Positions 28,835 through 39,261 are shown, numbered from the stretch's first letter. The stretch is 64,000 bases of DNA from an uncultured Spirochaetaceae bacterium (GCA_964390045.1 CAYMGP010000009.1:183-64182); one strand, 5' to 3'. Notes: generated by a model from the letters alone, not told the origin. A program made the numbers and translations.

Positions 28835-30166
28835 TTATACACGATAACTCCGTTCTTGTATGCCGACAGCTTGGATGGGAACGGAAGCCTTGTAGATGGA
28901 AAGCTCGCCTTCGATCGTGTAGCCGGGCAGGGCTGCGGGAACGAGCAGCGAATCTCCCTTTTTGACGGCGAGGGTCTGCAAAGGGACTGCAGCGGGCCCG
29001 CTGGGATCGTCGAGGACGCGGAGCGTTCCCCGCCCCTCCAGGCAGATCATCATCTCCACGCTGCGATTGCTGCCGCTGCTGTAGGTTCGACCGGCAGCAA
29101 TCCGGATTTCCGATAGGAGAAACTCCTCCGCCGGCGTGAGAAAAAGGCGCTCTCCTCCCGGCAGCCCCCGGGCCTCCGCCAGCCGCACCTTCCGGCCTTC
29201 GAAACGAAGGACGGCGAGCAGCTCGGACACATCCATATGCTTGGGAGTCAGACCGCCGCGGATCACGTTGTCCGAGTTGGCCATCAGCTCGATTCCGGTT
29301 CCCTCCAGGTAGGCGTGCAGCACCCCCGCTTCCATGAACATCGTGTCCCCCGGCTGCAGGTACACTACATTGAGCAGCAGCGGCGAGAGCACTCCGACAT
29401 CACCGGGGTATAGATCTCCGAGCTTTTCGATCCAGCGAGCCGCCGCGGCGGCTCGGGCCGCCGCTCCGCGGTCGGGGGGCGCTGCCTGACGCCCGGATGC
29501 GGTGCTGCCGCTCAGCGTACGCCGGGCCCACCCGGCCGCCTCGGCCAGGGCCTGTTCCCTGCCCTGTTTGTCGAGGTTCATTATTCTTGAGAAAAGGTGT
29601 TTCAATCCTTCGGGACTTGGATCGGAGCGAAACGATCGGATAGTGCTTGCCAGGCCGCGAAAGCCGACACCTTCAAGAAGGATGAGCATCTCTGTGAAGG
29701 GTCGAAAGCCGTTTAGAGCCCAGAAGGGCGTGAGGGCGGAAATCACCTCCGGTTTGTGGTTGTTATCTCTGTAGTTTCTCCGGAAGGCATCGAGGGCGAT
29801 GCCCTTTTCGTTTTCCCTCTCGAATCCAAGACGGGCCTGCTCGAGATTGGGATGGGCCTGGATCGAAAGAGGCTGGGCCGCCGCCAATACCTTGAAAAGA
29901 AAGGGCAGGCTCTCTGAAAACCGTGCCGCCGTCTCGGCTCCGAGGATCCCCCGCGGGTCCCGGGCGATCAGCTCGGGCAGGGCAATGCGCCGTCCGTCTA
30001 GAACAACCAACGACGGAGCCTTGGGGTGGGCTCCGAGCCAGAGCTCGGCTTGCGGTTTGACCGCCGGAGAAGGATTTCCAAGGAGCTCGGCAATGGCTGT
30101 TTTCGAGCCCCAGGCGTACTCCTGGATCGAATTGCGCAGTTTATAGACCCTGTACGATGGCTTCAT
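28835..30166 (-). CDS. manA: Mannose-6-phosphate isomerase, class I
   Basis: YAWGS, AELWLGAHP, LSIQAHP, HKPE, HAYL and ANSDNVIRGGLT motifs. Confidence 0.95.
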   Translation of the reverse strand: MKPSYRVYKLRNSIQEYAWGSKTAIAELLGNPSPAVKPQAELWLGAHPKAPSLVVLDGRRIALPELIARDPRGILGAETAARFSESLPFLFKVLAAAQPLSIQAHPNLEQARLGFERENEKGIALDAFRRNYRDNNHKPEVISALTPFWALNGFRPFTEMLILLEGVGFRGLASTIRSFRSDPSPEGLKHLFSRIMNLDKQGREQALAEAAGWARRTLSGSTASGRQAAPPDRGAAARAAAAARWIEKLGDLYPGDVGVLSPLLLNVVYLQPGDTMFMEAGVLHAYLEGTGIELMANSDNVIRGGLTPKHMDVSELLAVLRFEGRKVRLAEARGLPGGERLFLTPAEEFLLSEIRIAAGRTYSSGSNRSVEMMICLEGRGTLRVLDDPSGPAAVPLQTLAVKKGDSLLVPAALPGYTIEGELSIYKASVPIQAVGIQERSYRV

Positions 30167-30239
30167 ATCTTTCCATATAGTACAATAGCCGCCCGGGGGT
30201 TCCAATGCCAAGAAAAGCTGAATGCAGGAGGATGTGCAG

Positions 30240-30980
30240 ATGAGCATCGCAGAGAGGATCCGCGAACAGGTGTTGGCCGGCGGCGCGGAGCTTACAATAA
30301 GGAGAGCACAGATCGGTCTCACCTACTGTGCCGTGCAACTGGAGGACGGAAACACGGGGGTGGCCTATACTTTTCCCAGACAGGCTTGTGGATCGCAGCA
30401 CCTCGGGGCGGGACCCTTGGCCGGCAGGCAGGCGGGAGAGCTGGTGAAAAACCTGGGCTCGGAAAACCTGATCGCCTCGGCTCTCGGTCTGGCCGCCGCC
30501 AATGCATTGATCAGCGGCCTTCCGGCGAGCGAGGGGTTGAGCGAAGGGGATATACTCGAGCGCCTCGATATCCACGAAGGCGACCAGGTATGTATGGTCG
30601 GCTGTTTTCTTCCAGTTCTCCAAAGCCTCAAGCTGGCATCTGTTCAAGTGAGAGCTGTGGATCAGGTGGCGAAGCCGGGCGCCGAACCGGCCGAGAACAG
30701 TGAAACCCTTTTGCCGAACAGCCAGGTGGCGATCATCACAGCCACGGCGATCGTCAACGGTACGATGGACAGGCTGCTCGAACTGGCCGCAGGCTGCCGG
30801 GAGGTGGCGATACTCGGTCCTTCGACGCCGATGCTGCCGGCGGCCTTTGGCGATTTGCCTGTGCACTGTCTCGCCGGCATCCGCGTGGAGCAGCCGGATC
30901 CTGTTTTCGGGGTGATCGCGGAAGGCGGGGGCTATTGTTATTTCAAGGATTACACGACCAAGCTCAATATCAGGCTCTGA
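30240..30980 (+). CDS. DUF364 / DUF4213 Rossmann-like (putative metal-binding) protein
   Basis: IGLTY, LGLAAANAL, TATAIVNGT..LL and GPSTP motifs. Confidence 0.8.
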   Translation: MSIAERIREQVLAGGAELTIRRAQIGLTYCAVQLEDGNTGVAYTFPRQACGSQHLGAGPLAGRQAGELVKNLGSENLIASALGLAAANALISGLPASEGLSEGDILERLDIHEGDQVCMVGCFLPVLQSLKLASVQVRAVDQVAKPGAEPAENSETLLPNSQVAIITATAIVNGTMDRLLELAAGCREVAILGPSTPMLPAAFGDLPVHCLAGIRVEQPDPVFGVIAEGGGYCYFKDYTTKLNIRL

Positions 30981-31182
30981 CAGCCGCTGCTGAAGTTCGG
31001 GCCGCATCGTTTCCTGTAGGCTGGGTTGGCCCTCTCGATACAGCTCTCGGTTCTCTGTCCGTATTGCTTTTTCGCTTGACCGCGGGCAGCTCTGCAATCA
31101 AAATAGAGGAACTCGAAGCGAGGATCGTCTTGAAGTAGTCGACCGTGCGCTGGCCTCGAACGCGCGGAGGAGGGGCAAGAAA

Positions 31183-32544
31183 ATGAATGAGAATGAAAAA
31201 CTACCGGTAAAGGTAAAGCTCGGATTTGGAGTGGGGGACCTGGGCGGAAACCTCTACTTCACAGTAATGGCTTTCTGGCTGCTGAACTACCTGACCGATA
31301 CCGTGGGCATAGCCGCCGGAATGGCCGGAATCGTGATCATGATCGGCAAGATCTGGGACGCGGTGACCGACCCGATGATGGGCTACATCTCCGACAGGAC
31401 CCGCAGCCGTTGGGGCCGGCGCCGTCCCTACCTGCTCTTCGGGTCCTTTCCCTGGTTCGCCGCCATGATCGTGCTGTTCACAAATCCCAACCTGGAGAGC
31501 CAGAGATCGCTCTTCGTCTGGGGGGTGCTCGCCTACTGTCTGCTGAGCACGGCCTTCACAGTCGTCAATATTCCCTACTCCTCTCTGACTCCTGAGCTGA
31601 CAAAGGACTATCACGAGCGTAGCAGTTTGAATGGGTATCGGGCCACCTTCATGGTCATCGGCACATTGATCGGTGCGGGGGCCGCCCTGCCGCTGGTCAA
31701 CGCCCTGCCCAACAAGAGCATCGGGTTCACCGTCATGGGCGTCGTATTCGGGGCCTTGATGATGGGAAGCGCGCTGGTTACCTTTTCCACTGTTCGTGAG
31801 CCCGTTCTCAAGCCCGAAAGCGCTCCGAAGATGGGCTTCTTCAAATCGTATCTCTACGTGTTTAAAACCAAGCCCTTTGTGATCATACTTCTGACATATA
31901 TGTTCAATCTGGTGGCGGTGACGATTGTGAGCGGCACCATGATCTACTACTTCACCTACATCCACGGCAATGAGGCGTTGACCACTCTGGGGCTGCTCAT
32001 CCTGCTGGTCACGGCCATGCTTTTGATTCCCGTATCCGTTTGGGTGTCAAAGAAAATCGGTAAGAAGACGACCTATGCGGTGGGGATGCTGATCATCGCT
32101 GCCTCCTGTCTGATCATCTTCGTCCTGGGTCATCAGCTGGATCTGGTGTTCGTAATGGTGATGATGTTCGTAGCCGGAATCGGACTTTCCACAACCTATC
32201 CCATGCCCTGGTCTATGATTCCTGATACCGTGGAGTACGGCTACCTGCAGAGCGGGGAGAGACGGGAGGGCGGCTACTACGGAATCTGGACTTTTGTCGC
32301 CAAGGCCGGTCAGGGTCTGGCCGCCGCCGTAGGCGGGTTGATCCTGCAGGTGACCGGCTATGTACCGGATGTAGCCCAGACCGGGCTGGCAAAGTTGGGA
32401 ATCCGGCTGTTGATCGGTCCTTTCACCGCCGTCTTTTTCGTGGCAGCGGCGATCCTCCTCGTCTTCTATCCACTGAATGAACAGCGCTACAAGGAGGTGA
32501 TGGACAGGATCAAGGAGATGGAGGCCGGCAGGCAGGGCGGATAG
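31183..32544 (+). CDS. MFS glycoside-pentoside-hexuronide (GPH) symporter
   Basis: WDAVTDP..G.ISD.T.SRWGRRRP and PDTVEY..RREG motifs. Confidence 0.9.
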   Translation: MNENEKLPVKVKLGFGVGDLGGNLYFTVMAFWLLNYLTDTVGIAAGMAGIVIMIGKIWDAVTDPMMGYISDRTRSRWGRRRPYLLFGSFPWFAAMIVLFTNPNLESQRSLFVWGVLAYCLLSTAFTVVNIPYSSLTPELTKDYHERSSLNGYRATFMVIGTLIGAGAALPLVNALPNKSIGFTVMGVVFGALMMGSALVTFSTVREPVLKPESAPKMGFFKSYLYVFKTKPFVIILLTYMFNLVAVTIVSGTMIYYFTYIHGNEALTTLGLLILLVTAMLLIPVSVWVSKKIGKKTTYAVGMLIIAASCLIIFVLGHQLDLVFVMVMMFVAGIGLSTTYPMPWSMIPDTVEYGYLQSGERREGGYYGIWTFVAKAGQGLAAAVGGLILQVTGYVPDVAQTGLAKLGIRLLIGPFTAVFFVAAAILLVFYPLNEQRYKEVMDRIKEMEAGRQGG

Positions 32545-32590
32545 CGATCCCGCTTTACAGAAACTGAAGTTTCGTTGTACATATGCACTC

Positions 32591-33268
32591 ATGAACTTCG
32601 TAGAAAAAATTGATGACAAGGTCAGGGTGCAGCGGGTTCTGATCAGCGTGTACGACAAAGGGGGGTTGGACAGCTTCGTTCCCGATCTTCTGCGGATCAA
32701 TCCGGATATCACCATCTACTCCACGGGAGGAAGCTACAGGGCGATTGCTGGAGTCCTGGGTGAGAAGGCCTCCGATCATCTGGTGGCCGTGAGCGAGTAC
32801 ACGGGACAGCCGGAGATGCAGGGAGGATTGGTCAAGACCCTGGATTTCAAGATCTATCTCGGTCTCCTAAGCGAGACCTACAACCCGGCCCATGTCGAGG
32901 ACCTGAAAAGGGCAGAGGCGCTGGCCATGGACATGGTCGTGGTCAACCTCTATCCGTTTGAAAAGACAATCGCCGAGCCCGGGGTGAGCCCGGAGCGCTC
33001 CCGGGCTAATATAGACATCGGCGGCCCCTGCATGATCCGGGCGGCGGCCAAGAACTTCCTGCGGGTGGCTTCGGTTGTGGATCCGGGGGATTACAGTTGG
33101 ATTATCGCTGAACTGGAATCGACAGAGGGGCGGCTTTCTCTCGACACCCGCTTTCACCTGGCCCGGAAAACCTTCGCCTACACCGCGCGCTACGATACCG
33201 CGATCGCCGATTATCTAGGCTCGTGCACGGAGAAACAGGTCGGGGACAGCTATCGGGAGATAAAATAG
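32591..33268 (+). CDS. Stand-alone IMP cyclohydrolase (PurH N-terminal, MGS-like domain)
   Basis: LISVYDK, STGG, VKTL, VNLYPF and IDIGGP..IRAAAKN motifs. Confidence 0.85.
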   Translation: MNFVEKIDDKVRVQRVLISVYDKGGLDSFVPDLLRINPDITIYSTGGSYRAIAGVLGEKASDHLVAVSEYTGQPEMQGGLVKTLDFKIYLGLLSETYNPAHVEDLKRAEALAMDMVVVNLYPFEKTIAEPGVSPERSRANIDIGGPCMIRAAAKNFLRVASVVDPGDYSWIIAELESTEGRLSLDTRFHLARKTFAYTARYDTAIADYLGSCTEKQVGDSYREIK

Positions 33269-33293
33269 AGTTTTTCACGGGAGGAAAGCATTC

Positions 33294-34547
33294 GTGGGGA
33301 AAAAGGACTTCAAGTCGGCCTACAGAACGATCACAGAAGACAGCTTTCCCAAAGACCTGGAGATCTGCTTCGGTGCCGGTGATAAAAAGCAGTGCCTGCG
33401 CTTTCAGAAGGTGAGCTGGGAGATCGGAGGGCAGAGCAAGGGCCTGCGCTACGGAGAAAATCCGGACCAGGAAGCCGCCCTCTACAAGCTGGTTTCGGGA
33501 AACCTCGCTCTGGGTGAGGTGACCTGCATCGAGCCAGGACGGTATCTGGCCTCGGATGTCGAGCTGCTGCAGTCTGGAAAACATCCAGGGAAGATCAACA
33601 TCACCGATGTAGACAGCGCACTGAACATCCTGCGCTACTTCTCAGACACTCCCTGCACCGTAATCGTAAAACACAACAATCCCTGCGGCGTGGCCCGGGC
33701 GGACTCGCTGGCCGAGTCCTACCACAGGGCTTACCTGGCCGATCGCATCGCCGCCTTCGGCGGGGTCATTGCCGTGAACAGAGAGTTGGACAGGGAGACA
33801 GCCGAGCTCATCGCCGAGCAGTACTGCGAAGTGGTGGCCGCTCCGGAGTTTGCCGACGGGGTATTCGACATCCTGGCCCGGAGGAAGAATCTGCGGGTGA
33901 TGCGCATCGGCAATCTGGCCCGCCTTCAGGAGTTCATCGGCATCCGGGCCGTGGAGCTCAAGACCCTTGTGGACGGCGGGCTGGTCGCCCAGTGGTCATA
34001 CGCTCCGGCAACTCTCAGGCCCGAGGATTTTATTCCAGCCGAGGCCAGCTATCGGGGCAGAGAAGTTAAAATCGATCGCCTGCCGACCGATCAGGAGGCT
34101 CAAGACCTGCTTTTCGGCTGGCTGGTGGAATCGGGAATCACGAGCAACTCGGTGATCTACGTGAAAAACGGGGTAACCGTTGGAATCGGCACAGGCGAGC
34201 AGGACCGGGTCGGAGTGGCGGAGATCGCCCGGGACAAGGCCTACAGAAAGCTGGCCGAGCGCATCTGCTGGCAGAAGCACGGCCGGCCCTACAGCGCTTT
34301 GACCGACGAAGAGGAAAAAACCACCATCGACGAAGAGGTTCTGCAGAGACACGGCGACCTGGTCGGGGCCTGTATGGTCTCTGACGCCTTCTTTCCCTTT
34401 CGGGACGGAGTCGATGTGGGCATCCGGGAGGGAATCACGGCGGTGGTGCAGCCCGGCGGCTCGGAGCGGGACTTCGAGGTGATCGAGGCCTGCAACGAGG
34501 CCGGTGTGGCTATGGTGTTCACCGGGCAGCGCAGCTTTCGCCACTAA
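33294..34547 (+). CDS. purH: Stand-alone AICAR transformylase (PurH C-terminal domain)
   Basis: LRYGENP.Q, KHNNPCG, AFGG, SDAFFPF, QPGGS and RSFRH motifs. Confidence 0.85.
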   Translation: MGKKDFKSAYRTITEDSFPKDLEICFGAGDKKQCLRFQKVSWEIGGQSKGLRYGENPDQEAALYKLVSGNLALGEVTCIEPGRYLASDVELLQSGKHPGKINITDVDSALNILRYFSDTPCTVIVKHNNPCGVARADSLAESYHRAYLADRIAAFGGVIAVNRELDRETAELIAEQYCEVVAAPEFADGVFDILARRKNLRVMRIGNLARLQEFIGIRAVELKTLVDGGLVAQWSYAPATLRPEDFIPAEASYRGREVKIDRLPTDQEAQDLLFGWLVESGITSNSVIYVKNGVTVGIGTGEQDRVGVAEIARDKAYRKLAERICWQKHGRPYSALTDEEEKTTIDEEVLQRHGDLVGACMVSDAFFPFRDGVDVGIREGITAVVQPGGSERDFEVIEACNEAGVAMVFTGQRSFRH

Positions 34548-34567
34548 TAGATAGAGGGGAGGGGAAG

Positions 34568-35479
34568 ATGAAAAACATCCCGGTTCTCATAGTTGAGGGA
34601 AGATCCCTGGCGGAGGCCTACGAAAAGGCCTTGATTTCGCTTTACGAAAACGGTACCAGAGTGGCGACCCAGTACGACAGGAGCGGGGACCCTCTCAGCA
34701 TCGACGCCACCATGAACATCACCGTGCTCGATCCCTGGTCGGATCCCATGATTCACAAGGCCTTTCCAGGGGGCATCGAAGATCTCCAGGAATACGTCAT
34801 GGAGCTGACAGGCGCCAAGGATCACTGGGTGAAGAACATGAATGATCCTGAAGACACCCGCTGGGAATACACCTATCATATGCGGCTCAAGAGCTACGGC
34901 AGCTGGCGGGAGAAGAGAAACAAAGAGTCAGTTCAGGCCGGAACTTTCAACATCGACCAGATCGAAAAGGTGATAGCCAAGCTGGTCGAACAGCCCCATA
35001 CCCGTCAGGCCCAGATGATCACCTGGATGCCCAACCTGGACTTCGACTGCTACGACCCGCCCTGCCTGCAGTCTCTCTGGTACAGGTTGGTGTTCGACGA
35101 GCAGGGAGTGGCCTGGTTGAACTGCAATGTACGCTTCCGCTCCAACGATGCCTGGGGAGCCAACTTCATGAACATGTTCGGTTTCATTCAGTTCAACAGG
35201 CAGATCATTGCCGACGAGGTGGCCCGCCGGTCGGGCCGGACGGTCGAGCTGGGGCGCTTGAACTGGCACGCCGATTCTTATCATATCTACGGCAAGAGCA
35301 TCGAGGAAGCCGAAGCCAGGCTTTTCAACAGGCTCGAGACGACCTCCTTTGAGGAAAGAGTTTTCAACTTCCGGGATCCCATGATTCATCAAATCTACGA
35401 TGAAGCCCGGGAAGAGGTTGTTAAGAAGATAGAGGTCTTCGATCGAGAGCGCGGGCAGATCCCGCCCCAGAGCAAATAA
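34568..35479 (+). CDS. thyA: Thymidylate synthase, archaeal-like ThyA
   Basis: YTY..RL, TRQAQ..TW.P, PPCLQ, FRSNDA..A..N and SYHIY motifs. Confidence 0.8.
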   Translation: MKNIPVLIVEGRSLAEAYEKALISLYENGTRVATQYDRSGDPLSIDATMNITVLDPWSDPMIHKAFPGGIEDLQEYVMELTGAKDHWVKNMNDPEDTRWEYTYHMRLKSYGSWREKRNKESVQAGTFNIDQIEKVIAKLVEQPHTRQAQMITWMPNLDFDCYDPPCLQSLWYRLVFDEQGVAWLNCNVRFRSNDAWGANFMNMFGFIQFNRQIIADEVARRSGRTVELGRLNWHADSYHIYGKSIEEAEARLFNRLETTSFEERVFNFRDPMIHQIYDEAREEVVKKIEVFDRERGQIPPQSK

Positions 35480-35536
35480 CTACATTGGGACGGCTCTGCC
35501 GCATGTTCGCAAAACGAGCGAGGAGGTAGAAGCAGG

Positions 35537-35971
35537 ATGAGAGATAGAATTCCTTCGGCTGTAGGTGCGAACCGCACGCGGCGCGTTTTGTGCGCTAAGC
35601 TCGCTGCACGCGCTGTGCGCAGCGCGCGCGCTGTGGTTGCTTTCGCACTCGTGCTGTCTTTTTTTACAGGCTGCGCAACAATGGCGGGTTGGGTCGGCAT
35701 CGCCAGCGAGAAGTCTGTGGACGAATCGCTAGGTGCGGCGCGCCGGGATCTGGAGACGGAGATAGCCGGGCTGCGAGGTGATATGGAACAGGTTCAGGAG
35801 CAGGTCGTAAGAATCGAGAGGCTTGGTGCCTTGTTCGAGGAAACCATGCAAGCTACCGAGGAGCTCCAACAGTTGGCCAAGGTCATGGAATCCCGGCTGG
35901 AGAAGACGCCGCGCGATACGATTGAGAAGCTTGTTGAAATCCTTCAAGATTATCTCGAGGCCAGCGAATAG
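35537..35971 (+). CDS. Hypothetical coiled-coil lipoprotein
   Basis: Hydrophobic stretch ending FTGC followed by a heptad-rich region; SD-like sequence upstream. Confidence 0.6.
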   Translation: MRDRIPSAVGANRTRRVLCAKLAARAVRSARAVVAFALVLSFFTGCATMAGWVGIASEKSVDESLGAARRDLETEIAGLRGDMEQVQEQVVRIERLGALFEETMQATEELQQLAKVMESRLEKTPRDTIEKLVEILQDYLEASE

Positions 35972-36020
35972 TGGATCTTATTGACGCTTGCCGCTTCAAA
36001 GAGCTATTGTAGATTTCATC

Positions 36021-37277
36021 ATGTACGAACGAAATGTTACTCAAATAGAGGAGCTGGTGCGCAAGCAGAACCAGTGGCGCCGCAGCACCTTAAACTTAAT
36101 AGCAAGTGAAAACGTATTGAGCGAACGAGCGAGAGAGGTGATGGGCTCGGATTTCGCCCATCGCTATGCAGAGGGTCATCCGGGCGAGCGCTACTACCAG
36201 GGCACGGAAATCATTGATGAGGTGGAAAGCCTGTTGAAGAAACACCTCAAAACCATCTTCCACTGCCGGCAGGTCGACGTGCGGCCCATAAGCGGAACGG
36301 TCGCCAACGACGCCGTGTTCAGCCGTTTCATCCAGCCGGGCGACGTGGTCATGGTCAATTCCACGCCGGGCGGCGGGCACATAAGCCATCACCGGGCAGG
36401 CTCCGTGGGCAAGTATACGAACAACATCGTGAACTTTCCGCTGACTCCGGACGGCTACCACCTCGATGTGCAGCGGACCAAAGAGCTGATTCGGGCGATC
36501 TCTCCCAAGGTGCTTATCTTCGGCAAGAGCCTGTTTCTGTTTCCCGAGCCGGTGAGCGAGCTTGCCGAATTCTGCAGGGAGCGGGAGATTTCGATGCTGT
36601 ACGACGGAGCCCACGTGCTGGGCCTGATCGCCGGCGGCTGCTTCCAGAATCCTTTAAAAGAGGGAGCGCTGCTGATCACAGGCAGTGTTCACAAGACCTT
36701 CTTCGGATCCCAGCGGGGCATCATCCTCAGCAATGCCGGCGAGGCTGTATGGCGCAGGATCGACAAGGGAGCGTTCCCCGGCTCCTCGTCGAACCACCAT
36801 CTCGATACCCTGGTTCCTCTGGCGATCGCTGTCTATGAAATGATGGAGTTCGGCAGGCAATACGCGAAGCAGACAATTGCCAATGCCAAACACTTCGGAA
36901 AGAAGCTCCACGATCTGGGATTCAAGGTGCAGGGGGCGGAGCAGGGTTTCACGGAAAGCCACCAGCTGGCCGTGGATGTGATGGAGTTCGGCGGCGGAGA
37001 CGAGGTGGCGCGGCATCTGAAGGACAACAACATCATACTCAACATGAACCTTCTTCCCCACGAGCCCCTCGAGAATGTGTCAAATCCGTCCGGGATACGG
37101 CTTGGTGTGCAGGAGATGACCCGCTTCGGCATGAAGGAGCCGGAGATGGAGGTCATGGCGGAGCTTTTCAAGCACTGCCTGATGGATGGAAAATACATCG
37201 GCGAGGAAGTCAAGGAGTTCCGGGCTCGCTTCCAACAGGTACAATACAGCTTCGATTCGGCCTCGGTAGAGATATAA
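36021..37277 (+). CDS. glyA: Serine hydroxymethyltransferase, archaeal-type
   Basis: LNLIASEN, RYAEG..RYYQG, GGHISH, HKTFFG.Q.G, FPG..SNHH and GIRLGVQE.TR motifs. Confidence 0.9.
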   Translation: MYERNVTQIEELVRKQNQWRRSTLNLIASENVLSERAREVMGSDFAHRYAEGHPGERYYQGTEIIDEVESLLKKHLKTIFHCRQVDVRPISGTVANDAVFSRFIQPGDVVMVNSTPGGGHISHHRAGSVGKYTNNIVNFPLTPDGYHLDVQRTKELIRAISPKVLIFGKSLFLFPEPVSELAEFCREREISMLYDGAHVLGLIAGGCFQNPLKEGALLITGSVHKTFFGSQRGIILSNAGEAVWRRIDKGAFPGSSSNHHLDTLVPLAIAVYEMMEFGRQYAKQTIANAKHFGKKLHDLGFKVQGAEQGFTESHQLAVDVMEFGGGDEVARHLKDNNIILNMNLLPHEPLENVSNPSGIRLGVQEMTRFGMKEPEMEVMAELFKHCLMDGKYIGEEVKEFRARFQQVQYSFDSASVEI

Positions 37278-37283
37278 CCTGCA

Positions 37284-38060
37284 ATGAAAGACGTTCAGAG
37301 CCAGCACGACGCCCGACGAATAGAAATCCAGAAGGTGGGGGTAAAAAACGTCAAGTACCCCATCGTCGTGCTGGACAAGAAAAATCAGACCCAGCGCACC
37401 GTAGCCACCTTCAATCTGTACGCCGATCTTCCCCATGACTTCAAAGGCACCCACATGAGCCGCTTCATCGACGTGGTCAACGAATACTACGTGGACATCT
37501 CGATGCACAACTTCATGGAGATGCTCGGCAAGATCCGCTCTCTTCTCGATGCCCGCCGGGCCTACGCCGAAGTTTTTTTCCCCTACTTCATCGAGAAGAA
37601 GGCTCCGGTTTCCGGCGAGCGCAGCATGATGGAGTATATCTGCGAATACATAGGGGAGGTTGGGAGCGGGAAAGAGCATTTTTACGTAGGAATCCAGGTC
37701 CCCATTACAACGGTCTGTCCCTGCTCGCTGGAGATCAGCGATCGGGGTGCTCACAATCAGCGGGGCATGGTTCGCCTCAAGCTGCTGCTCAAGAACTTTT
37801 TCTGGATCGAGGACGTCATCAAGCTGGTTGAACAGTCCGGTTCCAGCGAGGTCTTCACCCTGTTAAAAAGGGAGGACGAGAAGTATATCACGGAGCAGGC
37901 CTTCAAGCGGCCGCGCTTTGTCGAAGACGTGGTCCGAGAGGTCACCCAAAAGTTGGTGCGGACGGGCGATTTTCGTTGGTTCAGCGTAGAAGCGGAAAAC
38001 TACGAAAGTATTCATAATCACAGCGCCTACGCCTACGTGGAGAGGGGGTCTATCGTTTAG
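37284..38060 (+). CDS. folE2: GTP cyclohydrolase IB
   Basis: KGTHMSRF, TTVCPCS, AHNQR, LKREDE, FVED.VR and ESIHNH motifs. Confidence 0.95.
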   Translation: MKDVQSQHDARRIEIQKVGVKNVKYPIVVLDKKNQTQRTVATFNLYADLPHDFKGTHMSRFIDVVNEYYVDISMHNFMEMLGKIRSLLDARRAYAEVFFPYFIEKKAPVSGERSMMEYICEYIGEVGSGKEHFYVGIQVPITTVCPCSLEISDRGAHNQRGMVRLKLLLKNFFWIEDVIKLVEQSGSSEVFTLLKREDEKYITEQAFKRPRFVEDVVREVTQKLVRTGDFRWFSVEAENYESIHNHSAYAYVERGSIV

Positions 38061-38065
38061 AAGTC

Positions 38066-39247
38066 ATGCCTGTTCGGGTGCTTGTATCAACAGTTATCGC
38101 CTACCTGCTGGGAAGCGTCTCTCCGGCCTACCTGCTCGGCAGGATCATCAGAGGAATCGATATTCGCAGCGAGGGATACAGAAACGCCGGCGCCCGTAAC
38201 GTGTATCACGTTCTGGGCGCGGTGCCGGCCGCAGTTACAGCGTTGATCGACCTCGGCAAGGGAATCGCCGCCGTGGCTGTCGCCCGTTACCTGCTGTCTG
38301 TTCCGGATCTGCTGCTCGTATTTCCCGCCGCAGCCGCTGTTCTCGGCCATATCTTTCCCTTCTATCTGAAGTTTCGGGGAGGGAAGGGCATGGCCACCGC
38401 GGTTGGTATCTACCTCTTCGCCTGCCTTGTGTCGATCACCTCGGGCCGCTTCGCCGCCGAGCAGCTGCTCGCCGTACTGGTCGTGGCTGCCCTGGTGTTC
38501 CTCGCCTCCCGCAACGGGGATCTCACAGGCCTGGTGGCCTTCTTTTTCCTCAGCGTGGTCACAACACTGCAGATGGGATTCGCCTCGCTCGGATTATTGA
38601 TGTCCGGCCTGGCGCTTTTTACCTTCGCCATGAGCATTCGCAATGTGACATGTAATAAGGTGTTTGTTTTCGATTCTGACATAGAGATTAAATGGTGGCG
38701 CATCATCGCCAGACCCTTCGCACTGCTGTTCGTACCCATCGATATGTTTTTCGGAAGAACCTTCCTTCTGTTTCTCGTGGGCGGTCTCTCTGTCGTATTC
38801 ATAGGCATGGATGTCTTTCGCCTGCTCACCCGCTATCAGCTGCGGCGGTTGTTCAAGAGCAAGGAGAGCAAACGCTTTTCCTCGATGACGAGCTTCCTCG
38901 TGGCGATCTTCATCATCTTTTTGGTTTTTCCGGACATCATACCCTACCTCGGTCTGGCCTATATCACCATGGGAGACATGTTCAGCAAGATCATCGGAAT
39001 CAAGTTCGGAACCACCAGGCTCTTTCGGGAACGGACGCTTCAGGGAAGCATGGGCTTTCTCGCCGGAAGCTATATGGCCGGCTGGGTGCTCTACACCCTG
39101 CTTTCCGTGCCTCTTTACGCGCTGCTCGCCGGTCCCCCGTTCGCCGCGGCGGTGGAGCTGTTTTCCATGGATCTCGATGACAATTTCACCGTCGGCATCG
39201 TCTCGAGCGGGTTTCTCTTCGCTCTTCGCTACTTCCTGAAGCTCTGA
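38066..39247 (+). CDS. Fusion of a PlsY-like acyltransferase and a CTP-dependent DAG/polyprenol-kinase-like domain
   Basis: N-half: YLLGS, NAGA.N, D.GKG, GH.FP..FRGGKG.AT. C-half: GD....IG.KFG....T.QGS and DDN.T. Confidence 0.75.
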   Translation: MPVRVLVSTVIAYLLGSVSPAYLLGRIIRGIDIRSEGYRNAGARNVYHVLGAVPAAVTALIDLGKGIAAVAVARYLLSVPDLLLVFPAAAAVLGHIFPFYLKFRGGKGMATAVGIYLFACLVSITSGRFAAEQLLAVLVVAALVFLASRNGDLTGLVAFFFLSVVTTLQMGFASLGLLMSGLALFTFAMSIRNVTCNKVFVFDSDIEIKWWRIIARPFALLFVPIDMFFGRTFLLFLVGGLSVVFIGMDVFRLLTRYQLRRLFKSKESKRFSSMTSFLVAIFIIFLVFPDIIPYLGLAYITMGDMFSKIIGIKFGTTRLFRERTLQGSMGFLAGSYMAGWVLYTLLSVPLYALLAGPPFAAAVELFSMDLDDNFTVGIVSSGFLFALRYFLKL

Positions 39248-39261
39248 AATCGCCCGGCTTC

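Noticed and set aside
29440-29520. Ala/Arg-rich insertion in ManA
   Set aside because: Low-complexity in-frame loop with catalytic motifs intact; no sign of a mobile element.
32545-32590. ZMP/ZTP riboswitch before the purH genes
   Set aside because: The intergenic space is only 46 nt and shows no recognisable motif.
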